Shown piece by piece: positions 1-7,946 of a stretch of 32,000 nucleotides of DNA (its first letter is position 1; every line of letters starts with the position of its first letter). This stretch comes from Geotalea daltonii FRC-32. Its GTDB lineage: Bacteria > Desulfobacterota > Desulfuromonadia > Geobacterales > Geobacteraceae. Below the pieces are notes generated by a model. That model worked only from the letters and a program-made list of their open reading frames with translations. It did not search any database and was not told where the DNA came from. The stretch covers positions 1,020,001 to 1,052,000 of the forward strand of contig NC_011979.1 in the NCBI RefSeq assembly GCF_000022265.1, in the 5' to 3' direction. A program made the position numbers and the translations under genes.

Positions 1-857
1 TCCCGTGAAGGACCGAAAAGGGTCTCCGACTTGCCGAGCACGAGAAATCCCCCCTGTTCCAGCACGGTTGCAAAGCCTGCCATAATCTTCTGCTGCTGTG
101 AACGTTCGAAATAGATGAGCACATTCCGGCAGAGGATCAGATCGCTCACGGCGTAACTGCTTGGGTCGAAGAGATCGCTCTGCCGGAATGTGACCATTTC
201 CTTTATATCAGGCAGCAGATGGTACTTTGAACCCACTTGCTTGAAGTAGCGTGTCTTTACCGGGTCAGGAACCTCCGCCATTCTGTCCTCTCCATAAACT
301 CCTGCCCGAGCTGCTTGGAGGGTGTCGGCATCCACATCAGTAGCCAGGATGGATACGTTCAGGTCCTGCAGATCTTCCTGGAAATGTTCCTTGAGGATGA
401 TGGCCAAACTATACGGCTCTTCACCACTGGCGCAGCCGACGCTCCACAGCCTGAGTTCCCGGTGGTCCCGGTTTTTGCACTGCTGAATCAATTGGGGGAT
501 GATCTCTTCTTTTATTTTGCGGAAGGTGAGGGGATTTCTGAAAAACTGGCTGACATGGATGGTAAGAACCTTGTACAGGAGCTCCAGTTCCACCTCGCTG
601 CCCAAGAGGAGATCGCAGTAGTCTTCGGCAGTTTTGCAGTGAGTCGCCCTGACCCTGATGCCGATGCGCCGCTTTATGCACTTGTCTTTATAACAATCGA
701 GGTTGAATCCTTTCAGACTCTTGAGGACTTTGCCTATGGTGCCGAATGATTCAGGTGAGATATCAAGGGGGGTATCTTCCGCCAGATCTATATCCTCTTT
801 TGGGTTAGCATCAGGTTTGACGAGGTCCGCCCCGTTAAATGCTGAAGGCAGTGTCAA
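1..857 (-). CDS. cheR: Chemotaxis protein methyltransferase CheR; the 3' end runs off the left edge of the window
   Basis: The minus-strand frame (codon 59..57 and in phase) is open from position 1 to beyond 878. Hand translation gives ..SFGTIGKVLKSLKGFNLDCYKDKCIKRRIGIRV..VSQFFRNP..RLWSVGCASGEEPYSLAI..ILATDVDADTLQAARAGVYGE..DLILCRNVLIYFERS..GGFLVLGKSETLF, i.e. the CheR N-terminal domain plus SAM-methyltransferase motifs. It is missing from the supplied ORF track because its stop lies outside the window. There is no in-frame ATG. Candidate starts are TTG 857..855 (overlapping the PilZ stop as TTGA) or GTG 878..876. Confidence 0.8.
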   Translation of the reverse strand, partial: MTLPSAFNGADLVKPDANPKEDIDLAEDTPLDISPESFGTIGKVLKSLKGFNLDCYKDKCIKRRIGIRVRATHCKTAEDYCDLLLGSEVELELLYKVLTIHVSQFFRNPLTFRKIKEEIIPQLIQQCKNRDHRELRLWSVGCASGEEPYSLAIILKEHFQEDLQDLNVSILATDVDADTLQAARAGVYGEDRMAEVPDPVKTRYFKQVGSKYHLLPDIKEMVTFRQSDLFDPSSYAVSDLILCRNVLIYFERSQQQKIMAGFATVLEQGGFLVLGKSETLFGPSR

Positions 858-1192
858 TACCTGTCCAATTCCCGGCACAGTGCATTGAATGCATCTTCTC
901 CGTCTAATATCCTGATTATCCTGACGCCCATGCCGCTCTTCTTCACCAGTCGCAGCATGTTTGCCGGTACCTTCTTTGCCCACATGACGCGGGCTTCCAT
1001 CCTGACAAGGGTCGTCTCATCGATGGCCAGATCCACTTTTACATCGCTTCCCGGCGAAGCGACGTTTGCTGTTTTGATGAAAAGGCCGTGATGGGAGATA
1101 TCTTCAGTAAAGGCAATGCGGTCGGTCTGCAGCAGCCCGAATTTCACAGACAGCCTTTTCCGCAGCCTTTTTATTCTTCGCTTGTCAGCCAT
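854..1192 (-). CDS. PilZ domain protein (c-di-GMP receptor)
   Basis: 112-aa ORF with an ATG start. It has RxxxR (RRIKR / RLRKR) near the N-terminus and DxSxxG (DISHHG), the two PilZ c-di-GMP-binding motifs. Confidence 0.8.
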   Translation of the reverse strand: MADKRRIKRLRKRLSVKFGLLQTDRIAFTEDISHHGLFIKTANVASPGSDVKVDLAIDETTLVRMEARVMWAKKVPANMLRLVKKSGMGVRIIRILDGEDAFNALCRELDRY

Positions 1193-1263
1193 CGGTCGTC
1201 ATCCCAAGTTGCAATAAGTGTCGACAGATTAACACAATTTTTCCATATCTCACAGCTAAAACT

Positions 1264-1314
1264 GGTTCGGTAACGTTTCACCCGAACCGACTCAGGCCGG
1301 GATCGAGCCTGAGT
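1264..1314 (-). terminator. Tandem perfect stem-loops; possible terminator or 3'-UTR structure downstream of the BON gene
   Basis: GGTTCGG-N11-CCGAACC (1264..1288) and ACTCAGGC-N9-GCCTGAGT (1290..1314). On the minus strand the distal hairpin is followed by AGTTTTAG. It lies about 130 nt from the BON stop, so the assignment is weak. Confidence 0.3.
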
Positions 1315-1442
1315 AACCGGTGGCGGCAAAAGGGGATGATTGGTGGCCAGACAGGCAACTGGGGGTATGCATTTAGAGGATGGAAAGGGCAACGTCGTTT
1401 TGAGTGGAAATTTTTCCTTAACACGGCAGCGGCAGGAAGCCA

Positions 1443-2165
1443 TCACTCCTGATGTTGCAGCAGGTTCTTTACGCTGTCTACCCGGAATACATACCAGGCA
1501 TCGGCTTCTGCCATCCGTCGTTCCGTTTCGTTGGTCACCAGCCCTTCCAGGGTTACCGCATAATCGCGGCAACGGACACGTATCTGGGTCGCATTGACGA
1601 AAGGATCCTTTTCCAGCGCCAGGCGGATCCCATCGATGACCTCGTCGTCGTTGTCTTCTTCCGGCGGGCTTATCTCAAGCCCGTTGATGACATCTCTGCT
1701 GCCGGGAACCCACCACGCCAGAACGCCGGCCATCCGTTTTTGGGAGAGGCTTGCCACCTGTCCGTTAAGGGTTACTACCCCCTTGTCAACCGCCACTTCA
1801 ATTGCACCCGACGCGGTTAGCGGCTCTCTTACCGACTCCATCTGCCCTTTTACCAAGGCGCGAAGTGCATATGGTTCCAGAAGATTTTCAGCGACAATGG
1901 CATTGCAGACGTGGGTCCTTATCTCGCCGTCTTCCATACGTTCGGCAGGCATGACATGGAGCCGGTCGATGATCGCCGAAACTCCGGGGATCTTGCCCGC
2001 TGCTTCGAGGGCGATCTTCTTTGCTGCCAAGGTTTCTGTTTCCCCCGTCAGCGTTACCTCTCCGTTGCTGTAATCGACTCTGATCGGGCTTGCATGGAGA
2101 TTTATCAGCGGTTCCCGTTCAAATGCCGCCATTACCTCTCTGGTAACGTCATCTCTGTTTTTCAT
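1443..2165 (-). CDS. BON domain-containing protein (three BON repeats, OsmY-like)
   Basis: 240-aa ORF with three repeats of the BON pattern (..V..G.VTL.G.V......K..A...A..I.GV..V...L.V). GGGGGGAA Shine-Dalgarno-like run about 5 nt upstream of ATG 2165. Confidence 0.8.
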   Translation of the reverse strand: MKNRDDVTREVMAAFEREPLINLHASPIRVDYSNGEVTLTGETETLAAKKIALEAAGKIPGVSAIIDRLHVMPAERMEDGEIRTHVCNAIVAENLLEPYALRALVKGQMESVREPLTASGAIEVAVDKGVVTLNGQVASLSQKRMAGVLAWWVPGSRDVINGLEISPPEEDNDDEVIDGIRLALEKDPFVNATQIRVRCRDYAVTLEGLVTNETERRMAEADAWYVFRVDSVKNLLQHQE

Positions 2166-2340
2166 GGTTCCCCCCGGTTAAAATAGTCGATGTAAGTAAA
2201 TTTTAACTCAAAAATTGCCGCGGTCATCTGTCCGGGTAAAAAAGGGGGGGAGCGAAGGGGCGTTTTGGTGAATTGGAAAGGGCGAAACAGGAAAGACGGC
2301 CTCTGCAAGCCGCCTATCTCCGATTAGCTTTAAAATGGGG

Positions 2341-2778
2341 TCAGTTCATTTGCTCAAGTTCGTGTTCAGCAAGTTGGGCTATCTCCAGGTAAATGGCGAT
2401 CATCACGCCTATGTCGCACCATTTCCTGGCGATGGTGCGGATCAACGACCAGCCATTCACTAAAGTACCGGCAAAAAGGAAGATGCCCACGGTCCGGTCT
2501 TCTTCAAAGCCCATCAGAATGACGGCATAGACGGCGATGGTAATCATTGACGCCAGCCAGGCAAGTTCCGGTCCTTTGAACGGATTTGACATGACCCGAA
2601 GAAAGTCGATGTAGTAATTGCTCAGTCCGCGGACCTTTTGCAAGAATTCGCTGACACCGTCTTTTCCCTGTTTCAGGTAGGCATAGGAAAGAAACCTTTC
2701 GGTGGCACGCTTTCTTCCGGCGGTCATCCGCTCATGGACGTACTTTTCGATTGCCTCGTCGATTATTTCCGTGTTCAT
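2341..2778 (-). CDS. Hypothetical small membrane protein (two predicted TM helices)
   Basis: The ORF 2341..2787 starts at a GTG. The internal ATG at 2778 is preceded by GAGGTGA with 6-nt spacing, so I prefer 2778. Hydrophobic stretches: LAWLASMITIAVYAVILMGF and VGIFLFAGTLVNGWSLI. I recognise no family. Confidence 0.5.
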   Translation of the reverse strand: MNTEIIDEAIEKYVHERMTAGRKRATERFLSYAYLKQGKDGVSEFLQKVRGLSNYYIDFLRVMSNPFKGPELAWLASMITIAVYAVILMGFEEDRTVGIFLFAGTLVNGWSLIRTIARKWCDIGVMIAIYLEIAQLAEHELEQMN

Positions 2779-3051
2779 GACTGTCACCTCACTTCTGTTG
2801 CAGTGCTCTCAGCGATGGAAAATCATTTACATTATTCGTGCCGATCTCGCGCCGGGGAAATCTGCTGTCCATATCCGCCAATTATATCAGGTCATAACCC
2901 GTATTTCAGCAGCCGGTGACAATGCTTTTTTCAGGGGGAAAGTGTGGCATTTTTGCAACTATGCAAAAATATGGTTCAAAAATTCGCAAATCTACGGGAG
3001 GATGGGGGGGCAAAACAGGAAAGAGGGAGTTTTCAGTACGGAGATAGGTTG

Positions 3052-3087
3052 GCGGGAACAGGCTATGGCTTTGCAGCCTGTTCCCGC
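3052..3087 (-). terminator. 13-bp perfect stem-loop immediately after the aminotransferase stop (no U-tract)
   Basis: GCGGGAACAGGCT (3052..3064) pairs with AGCCTGTTCCCGC (3075..3087), with a 10-nt loop. It starts 7 nt beyond the stop codon at 3094..3096. No T-run follows on either strand. Confidence 0.4.
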
Positions 3088-3093
3088 TGCTGG

Positions 3094-4398
3094 TCAGGAC
3101 TTGAGATATTGGCCGATTTTTTCCGCCAGCGTCTGGTAAATGCGCTCGCATTCCTTATCGTCCTTTTCCAGGAGCGTGACCCTGAACCCCTGCAGGTCGG
3201 TATTGAAGGATGAAAGCGGAACGATACAGATGCCGGTATGGGCCAGGATGTAGTAGACAAAGCGCTTGTCCGGCGAGACGCCGGGGGCGTTAACCAAGCC
3301 TTCCACCAGTTCCCTTACCTCGACGTTGTCGATGGGCAGGCTCTGCCGGTTGGTAAGCAGCCCTTTTTCAAAGGCAACCGCCATGTAAAAGGCGCCGTTG
3401 GTGCGGTTCACCACCAGCCCCGGCACATCCTTGAGGAAATTGTAGGTGATGTTGCTCATGCGCTCATAGCGGGTGATGCGCTCCGCAAGGTAATTGCCGT
3501 ACTCCGGGTGGGACATGATGGCCGGAATGGTTTTTTGGGGCAGCGTAGTTGAACAGACCTCATTCATCTTGGTGTTGAGGATGGAGTTGATGTATTTTTT
3601 GAAGCGCTCGTCCTTCTGGCCATTGTAAACCTCAATCCAGCCGCAGCGTGAGCCCGGCCAGGGCAGTTCCTTGGAGATCCCTTTCATGGCAATGGCCGGC
3701 ACATCGCCGATGACATCGGAGATGGGAACCGTTTTCTCGTTGTTGTAGACGATGTTGTTATAGACTTCATCGGCAATAATAAAGAGGTCGTATTCCTTGG
3801 CTATGGCGACAATCTGGCGCAGGGTCTCCACCGGGTAGACCATGCCGGTCGGATTGTCCGGGTTGATGAGCATGATGCCGGAGATCTGCGGGTTATATTT
3901 TACATGGTTGCGCAGGTCGTCAAGGTCGGGGAACCAGTTGTTTTCAGGCCGCAACTGGTAGCAGACAGGAGCAGCCAGTGCGTGGGCCGCCTCCCCAAGG
4001 GTATGGGTGGTGTAGGTGGGGGAAGGCATCAGCACTCTCGTCTCATGACGGAGATTGCCATAAACCTTGGCGATGGCGTCTCCCAGGCCATTGAAGAAGA
4101 TGATGTCGTCCGGAGTTATCTGGGCTCCACCCCGCTTATTGGTAAGGCCACAGATGAATTCGCGGGTCTCCAGAACCCCCCTGGTGTGGCAATAGCCATA
4201 GGTATCATCGTTCATGGCTTCTTTGGCGACAATCTCCTTCATCCAGGTGGGGATAACCTCCCCTTTGACAATCGGGTCGCCGATATTTTCCCAGTTGATC
4301 TTGACGCCATGTTTCTGCAGCTTTTCCGCCACATTGACGATGTTCCTGATCTCATAGGTCAGTTCTCCAGCTCCGGGGGTGACAATATCGTTTCTCAT
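3094..4398 (-). CDS. PLP-dependent class I/II aminotransferase (alanine/aspartate aminotransferase-like)
   Basis: 434 aa. Contains INPDNPTG, the PLP-lysine region GISKELPWPGSRCGW (SK....G.R.G) and an N-terminal WENIGDP. GAGGT SD about 8 nt upstream of ATG 4398. Confidence 0.9.
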   Translation of the reverse strand: MRNDIVTPGAGELTYEIRNIVNVAEKLQKHGVKINWENIGDPIVKGEVIPTWMKEIVAKEAMNDDTYGYCHTRGVLETREFICGLTNKRGGAQITPDDIIFFNGLGDAIAKVYGNLRHETRVLMPSPTYTTHTLGEAAHALAAPVCYQLRPENNWFPDLDDLRNHVKYNPQISGIMLINPDNPTGMVYPVETLRQIVAIAKEYDLFIIADEVYNNIVYNNEKTVPISDVIGDVPAIAMKGISKELPWPGSRCGWIEVYNGQKDERFKKYINSILNTKMNEVCSTTLPQKTIPAIMSHPEYGNYLAERITRYERMSNITYNFLKDVPGLVVNRTNGAFYMAVAFEKGLLTNRQSLPIDNVEVRELVEGLVNAPGVSPDKRFVYYILAHTGICIVPLSSFNTDLQGFRVTLLEKDDKECERIYQTLAEKIGQYLKS

Positions 4399-4440
4399 CC
4401 GCTTACCTCGCTCCTAAGAATTTTAAAATTCCAGCCAATC

Positions 4441-4480
4441 CCAAATGATAAAAGGCCGTGGGGGGAAACCCACGGCCTTT
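4441..4480 (-). terminator. Rho-independent terminator of the VOC/cupin/SH3-like operon
   Basis: AAAGGCCGTGGG (4451..4462) pairs with CCCACGGCCTTT (4469..4480), with a 6-nt loop. On the minus strand the stem is followed by TTTTATCATTT. Confidence 0.7.
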
Positions 4481-4632
4481 AAAATAAGTAAATGTTCAAC
4501 GCACACTTACAGGGCAGCGGGCAGACCTGCGGCGTTAAACGCCGCTGCGCTCATAGCTCGTGCATCCCTGCAAGTATTGAAAAACGGCTCTTTGTTCATA
4601 AGTGAACCAAATAACACAGACCAGGTATCCAG

Positions 4633-5253
4633 TCAATGTTTTTGTGGGTCGAATTTTTCATCGATGGATATGGTAAAACGCCCGTCGCTGTCGCGCCATC
4701 GCAGCCATCCGTATGCGGTAAGGTCGACCAGAACCAGTGCCCAGTCTTCCCTGACATCGATGATGCGCAGATTCTTCTGCCTGGAGAGAACTTCCAGTTG
4801 CGGCGCAGTTGCAGAGGGATCGTGGCGAAGCAGGTAGAATTCTTTTTTCAGCCCGGGCAAAAGTTTTGCCGCCCGTCCCTTGAGAAAATGGTTCCAGGTG
4901 ACGTACTCCCATGCCCTGGAGTTTTTCAGCCACCCTTCGCGTCCTGCTTCGTCATAGACGATGTGCAGCCAGTTTCCTTTCTTGCCAGTTACGGCAGCGG
5001 CGTATTCACCGGTCCGGCCCTGAATAACAGGGGTAAGGGAAGGGAGATCACTGCTTTCCAGGTCTGTTATTCTCTCAACGCCAGGCTCTCCGTATATGGG
5101 GAGGGTACAGCATGGTTCGCTGCTCCGGGAAGGGAATGGGCGGATCACCAGAAGCCCTTCGCCGCTGAACGGCCGGGGAGGTGCGATGGCGGCGAGAGCG
5201 GTCTGGACAGAGAGACCGAGGCAGATGGTTATGAGAATGATGCGCAGTATCAT
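4633..5253 (-). CDS. Secreted protein with SH3-like repeats (hypothetical)
   Basis: 206 aa. N-terminal signal peptide MILRIILITICLGLSVQTALA-AI. Two segments have the bacterial SH3 look (GNWLHIVYDEAGREGWL; EDWALVLVDLTAYGWLRW). The ATG is 2 nt after the upstream stop. Confidence 0.55.
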   Translation of the reverse strand: MILRIILITICLGLSVQTALAAIAPPRPFSGEGLLVIRPFPSRSSEPCCTLPIYGEPGVERITDLESSDLPSLTPVIQGRTGEYAAAVTGKKGNWLHIVYDEAGREGWLKNSRAWEYVTWNHFLKGRAAKLLPGLKKEFYLLRHDPSATAPQLEVLSRQKNLRIIDVREDWALVLVDLTAYGWLRWRDSDGRFTISIDEKFDPQKH

Positions 5254-5255
5254 CG

Positions 5256-5723
5256 TTAGGAGAGGAGCGCCTTCAGCTCGGCAAGATATTTCCCCGCAAG
5301 GGAAGTCCCGTCTTCCGGAGCCCAGGGGGCTTTTTCCCCTTCGGCCAAAGGGCGGTACGGGCCGGCTTTCGCCTCAAAGAAGATTGTTCCCGGCTCCAGG
5401 CTCACTGCCGTATGAAATACGCCGTGGGGAATGTCGGCAATGACGGTCCCGCTTTCCGTGCTGAGAACAGAGCTCTGCAGAACCTTACCGTCGTTGGCGA
5501 AGATGATGATGCCGAGCTTGCCCCTGAGGATGACGAAGGACTCATCCTTGACCGGGTCAAGATGGCGATGGGGACGGATGTAAGAATCGGGCTCGATGGC
5601 GTTGAGCAGCCGATGACAGCAGAAATCGTCCGTCGGATGCAGGTTGTAGTTCTTTCTGAGCCTCGGGTTTGCCTGGGCTTCATGGGTCAGGCCGTCCAGC
5701 AAGTTTTTATCGATGATTTTCAC
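5256..5723 (-). CDS. WbuC-family cupin-fold metalloprotein
   Basis: IIDKNLLDGL..ANPRLRKNYNLH..RLLNAIEPDSYIRPHRH..ESFVILRG..IPHGVFHT..GTIFFEAKAGPY matches the WbuC cupin pattern. The track ORF extends to 5870, but that part overlaps the VOC gene. GTG at 5723 lies 5 nt after the VOC stop. Confidence 0.7.
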   Translation of the reverse strand: MKIIDKNLLDGLTHEAQANPRLRKNYNLHPTDDFCCHRLLNAIEPDSYIRPHRHLDPVKDESFVILRGKLGIIIFANDGKVLQSSVLSTESGTVIADIPHGVFHTAVSLEPGTIFFEAKAGPYRPLAEGEKAPWAPEDGTSLAGKYLAELKALLS

Positions 5724-5727
5724 AGTG

Positions 5728-6081
5728 TTAACCTTCGACCAAGGCGAACTGGTTGCCGTCCGGATCCAGCACCACCGCCATCTTCCCCCATGGCGTCCGC
5801 TCCAGCGGCTCGGCAAACTTGACGCCCGCGGCAGCAAGCTCCTTGCACAGTTCCTCAATGTCGGAAACAATCAGGGTAATACCGGTATGCCGCCCTGCCA
5901 GCGGCTTCGCCGCATCGTGCATGGCCAGCGCCACACCCAGGGTAGGCCCACCGCCGGGGAAAAACTCCATCATGGTCGGCGACTCCTGCACCAGGGGCAG
6001 CTTGAGCTGATCCTTATAAAACTGCTTGGCCTTTTCCAGGTCGAGAACAAAGACCACCACATTTTTCATCTTGATCGGCAT
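5728..6081 (-). CDS. VOC (glyoxalase/bleomycin-resistance/dioxygenase) family protein
   Basis: 117 aa. Typical VOC beginning (VVFVLDLEKAKQFYKDQLKL) and end (TPWGKMAVVLDPDGNQFALVE). Confidence 0.8.
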   Translation of the reverse strand: MPIKMKNVVVFVLDLEKAKQFYKDQLKLPLVQESPTMMEFFPGGGPTLGVALAMHDAAKPLAGRHTGITLIVSDIEELCKELAAAGVKFAEPLERTPWGKMAVVLDPDGNQFALVEG

Positions 6082-6224
6082 TGTTACCTGTCCTTTTCGC
6101 GTGAATTGAAGGGCATAAAATAGCAGAGCTGCTTATGGCTGGCAAGGGCCATTTGCCGGGCAAAGCCAAGAAAGGTGCCTGCCACGTTCATGATGATGCT
6201 CTCCCGGTTGCGACTGCACAGATG

Positions 6225-7181
6225 TTACAAATGATTTTTCTCCAGGCAGAAGCCGGCCTGGTGCAGGGCTTCAAGCAGCTCTTCAATAAAGAGATCGATA
6301 TATTCCTGGCTGATGGCGCTGGAATGGGGGGTGATCAGTATGTCCGGTTCATGCCACAGGAGGGAATCGGGCGCCAGCGGCTCGACTGCAAAGACATCCA
6401 GACCCGCACCCGCCAACGGGCCGTCATGGAGGGCGTGCAGCAGATCCTCTTCCCTGTAGCAATTGCCGCGCCCCAGGTTGTACAGGCAAGCCCCCGGCTT
6501 CATGGCATCGAAATGCCGGGTGGTGAAGATACCGTCGGTTTCTGCGCCCCCCGGCAGGAGCAGCACCACGTGATCGGCATGGGGCAATGCCTCCTCCAGC
6601 CGGCCAAAGGGGATGACCCGGTCAACGGCGAGGGGAGCCGCAAAGCCTTCCACACGCCGCTTGACCCCCGTAACCCCGGCCCCGAACGCCTTCAGCAGTT
6701 CTGCCATGGACTCTCCCAGCGCACCTAAACCGACGATGAGCACCTGCTGCCGGAAAAGGGCCGTGCAGTCATTGTATCCCAGGCGTCCCCAGACCCTGTT
6801 CTTCTGGTCGTCCAGGGATTTGCCCATGCGCCGGTTGAAGTAGAGCATCATGGAGAGGAGGCTTTCCCGCATGATACGGCCGTGGAAGCTGCCATAGTGC
6901 GTCTTCACCCGGCCCGATGGATCTTCGTCAACCCAGTCGTGGCCGGCAGCCGGGGTAAAAACCATCTTCAGCTTCGGCGCCTTGTCGTACCACGGTGCCT
7001 TGAAATGCCAGACCAGCACGCACTCCGCCTCGGGAAGTCGCTCCATGAAGTCCTTGGTGTCACTTGCCACGGTGATGGGGATATGGGGAAGCGCCTGACG
7101 TAGTTGGTCAAGATGACGCGGCTTGAAGGAAAAGGCATCGACGGTGTTCTGGAGATGGATGAGGATGTTATGTATGTTCAT
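6225..7181 (-). CDS. D-isomer-specific 2-hydroxyacid dehydrogenase family protein
   Basis: NAD-binding VLIVGLGALG (GxGxxG). Catalytic-region motifs NLGRG, GAGLDVFAVEP and ITPHSS. The track ORF begins at GTG 7214. I prefer ATG 7181 (MNIHNIL..) but the start is uncertain. Confidence 0.85.
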   Translation of the reverse strand: MNIHNILIHLQNTVDAFSFKPRHLDQLRQALPHIPITVASDTKDFMERLPEAECVLVWHFKAPWYDKAPKLKMVFTPAAGHDWVDEDPSGRVKTHYGSFHGRIMRESLLSMMLYFNRRMGKSLDDQKNRVWGRLGYNDCTALFRQQVLIVGLGALGESMAELLKAFGAGVTGVKRRVEGFAAPLAVDRVIPFGRLEEALPHADHVVLLLPGGAETDGIFTTRHFDAMKPGACLYNLGRGNCYREEDLLHALHDGPLAGAGLDVFAVEPLAPDSLLWHEPDILITPHSSAISQEYIDLFIEELLEALHQAGFCLEKNHL

Positions 7182-7275
7182 GGTGGTTTCCGTGTTTTTA
7201 AAGTTCGCTCGCACTTAAGCAGTCCGGGTTCCTGCAAATCACCAGATGCAAAGTCTGACATCATCTCCCTATTTA

Positions 7276-7935
7276 TCAAGGGCTGATCTCAGACCCTGCC
7301 TTGACTTGAGCTCCAGCCTCACTCCACTTTTGTGCCAGCTTTTCAATGCTTTTGCTGCTTTCCGTCGCAATACCATCTTGGAAGAGCGTCACTTTATAGC
7401 CGCGATTCAGGGCGCCACGGGCCGTGGCGTTCACACAGTAAGCCCCGTCCAAGCCCGTGATTAATAATTGGCTTATCTGCTTTTCTGCAAGGTAAGCCTC
7501 AAGCTCGGGGTTGGAAAAAGCGTCCGGCCGATTCTTGGAGAGGGTTATGGCCATGGGGACTTTGATAAGGCGGTGGTCCATTTCCGTTCCAGGGGAACTA
7601 GGCGCGTTGATCCCGTCTGTAAAAAACGACATGATTGGATTATCGATTACATTTTTTATATAAACAACAGTAATTCCCTTTTTTTGAGCCTGTGCAAGTA
7701 AGGCGTTAGAGACCCTCACAATTCGATCTCCGTCATGGTAACGCTTCTTAGCTTGGGGTCCCGTGTAATCTTCTTGGATATCAATGATGAGAAGTGCAGC
7801 ACGTGGAACTGCATATTTCTTGATGGGTATTCCCCTTGTGGGTCGCATGCTCCAGTAGATCAGAGCAAAGAGCATAAGTGCCAAAAGAAGAACCGAAGTA
7901 GCCGACCAGTACAGAATTTTTTTCAATCGCTTCAT
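7276..7935 (-). CDS. Isochorismatase-family cysteine hydrolase with N-terminal membrane anchor
   Basis: ALLIIDIQEDY (catalytic Asp region) and LLITGLDGAYCVNATARGA (catalytic Cys region). N-terminal hydrophobic segment ATSVLLLALMLFALIYW. Confidence 0.8.
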   Translation of the reverse strand: MKRLKKILYWSATSVLLLALMLFALIYWSMRPTRGIPIKKYAVPRAALLIIDIQEDYTGPQAKKRYHDGDRIVRVSNALLAQAQKKGITVVYIKNVIDNPIMSFFTDGINAPSSPGTEMDHRLIKVPMAITLSKNRPDAFSNPELEAYLAEKQISQLLITGLDGAYCVNATARGALNRGYKVTLFQDGIATESSKSIEKLAQKWSEAGAQVKAGSEISP

Positions 7936-7946
7936 TATTGACCCCT

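Noticed and set aside
237-749. Long plus-strand ORF (170 aa) covering the left end of the window. Similar long antisense ORFs occur at 4636..5259 (+), 9187..9876 (-), 11625..12272 (-), 12898..13518 (-), 16883..17494 (-), 20396..22366 (+), 22629..23426 (+), 24756..25612 (-), 26009..26848 (-), 28103..29017 (-) and 29144..29863 (-).
   Set aside because: Each lies exactly antisense to, or out of frame with, an ORF that carries clear family motifs (CheR, SH3-like, thiolase, GGDEF, PQQ-DH, Sel1, RND, MFP, def/fmt, DUF116, NlpC/P60, EEP). Their translations are low-complexity Arg/Pro/Gly/Ala-rich, typical of shadow ORFs in GC-rich DNA.
1193-1442. c-di-GMP (GEMM-I) riboswitch upstream of the PilZ-cheR pair, considered because this riboswitch class is abundant in Geobacter-like genomes.
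   Set aside because: There is no ACGCAAAGC-type conserved core or GNRA-tetraloop/receptor arrangement. The region contains only two simple perfect hairpins.
2945-2957. Sigma54-like TGGCAT-TTTT-TGCA.
   Set aside because: The GG-to-GC spacing is 7 nt instead of 10, and no plus-strand gene follows. The TGCA belongs to the 20-bp inverted repeat reported separately.
5724-5870. N-terminal 49-residue extension of the cupin ORF in the track (start at 5870).
   Set aside because: It overlaps the 3' part of the well-supported VOC gene in another frame, and its sequence is Arg/Trp/Ser-rich junk. WbuC homology begins at the GTG at 5723.
6148-6166. TGGCAAGGGCCATTTGCC, considered as a sigma54 promoter or terminator.
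   Set aside because: The GG-to-GC spacing is 12 nt, it is on the wrong strand for any downstream gene, and it forms only a 5-bp stem.
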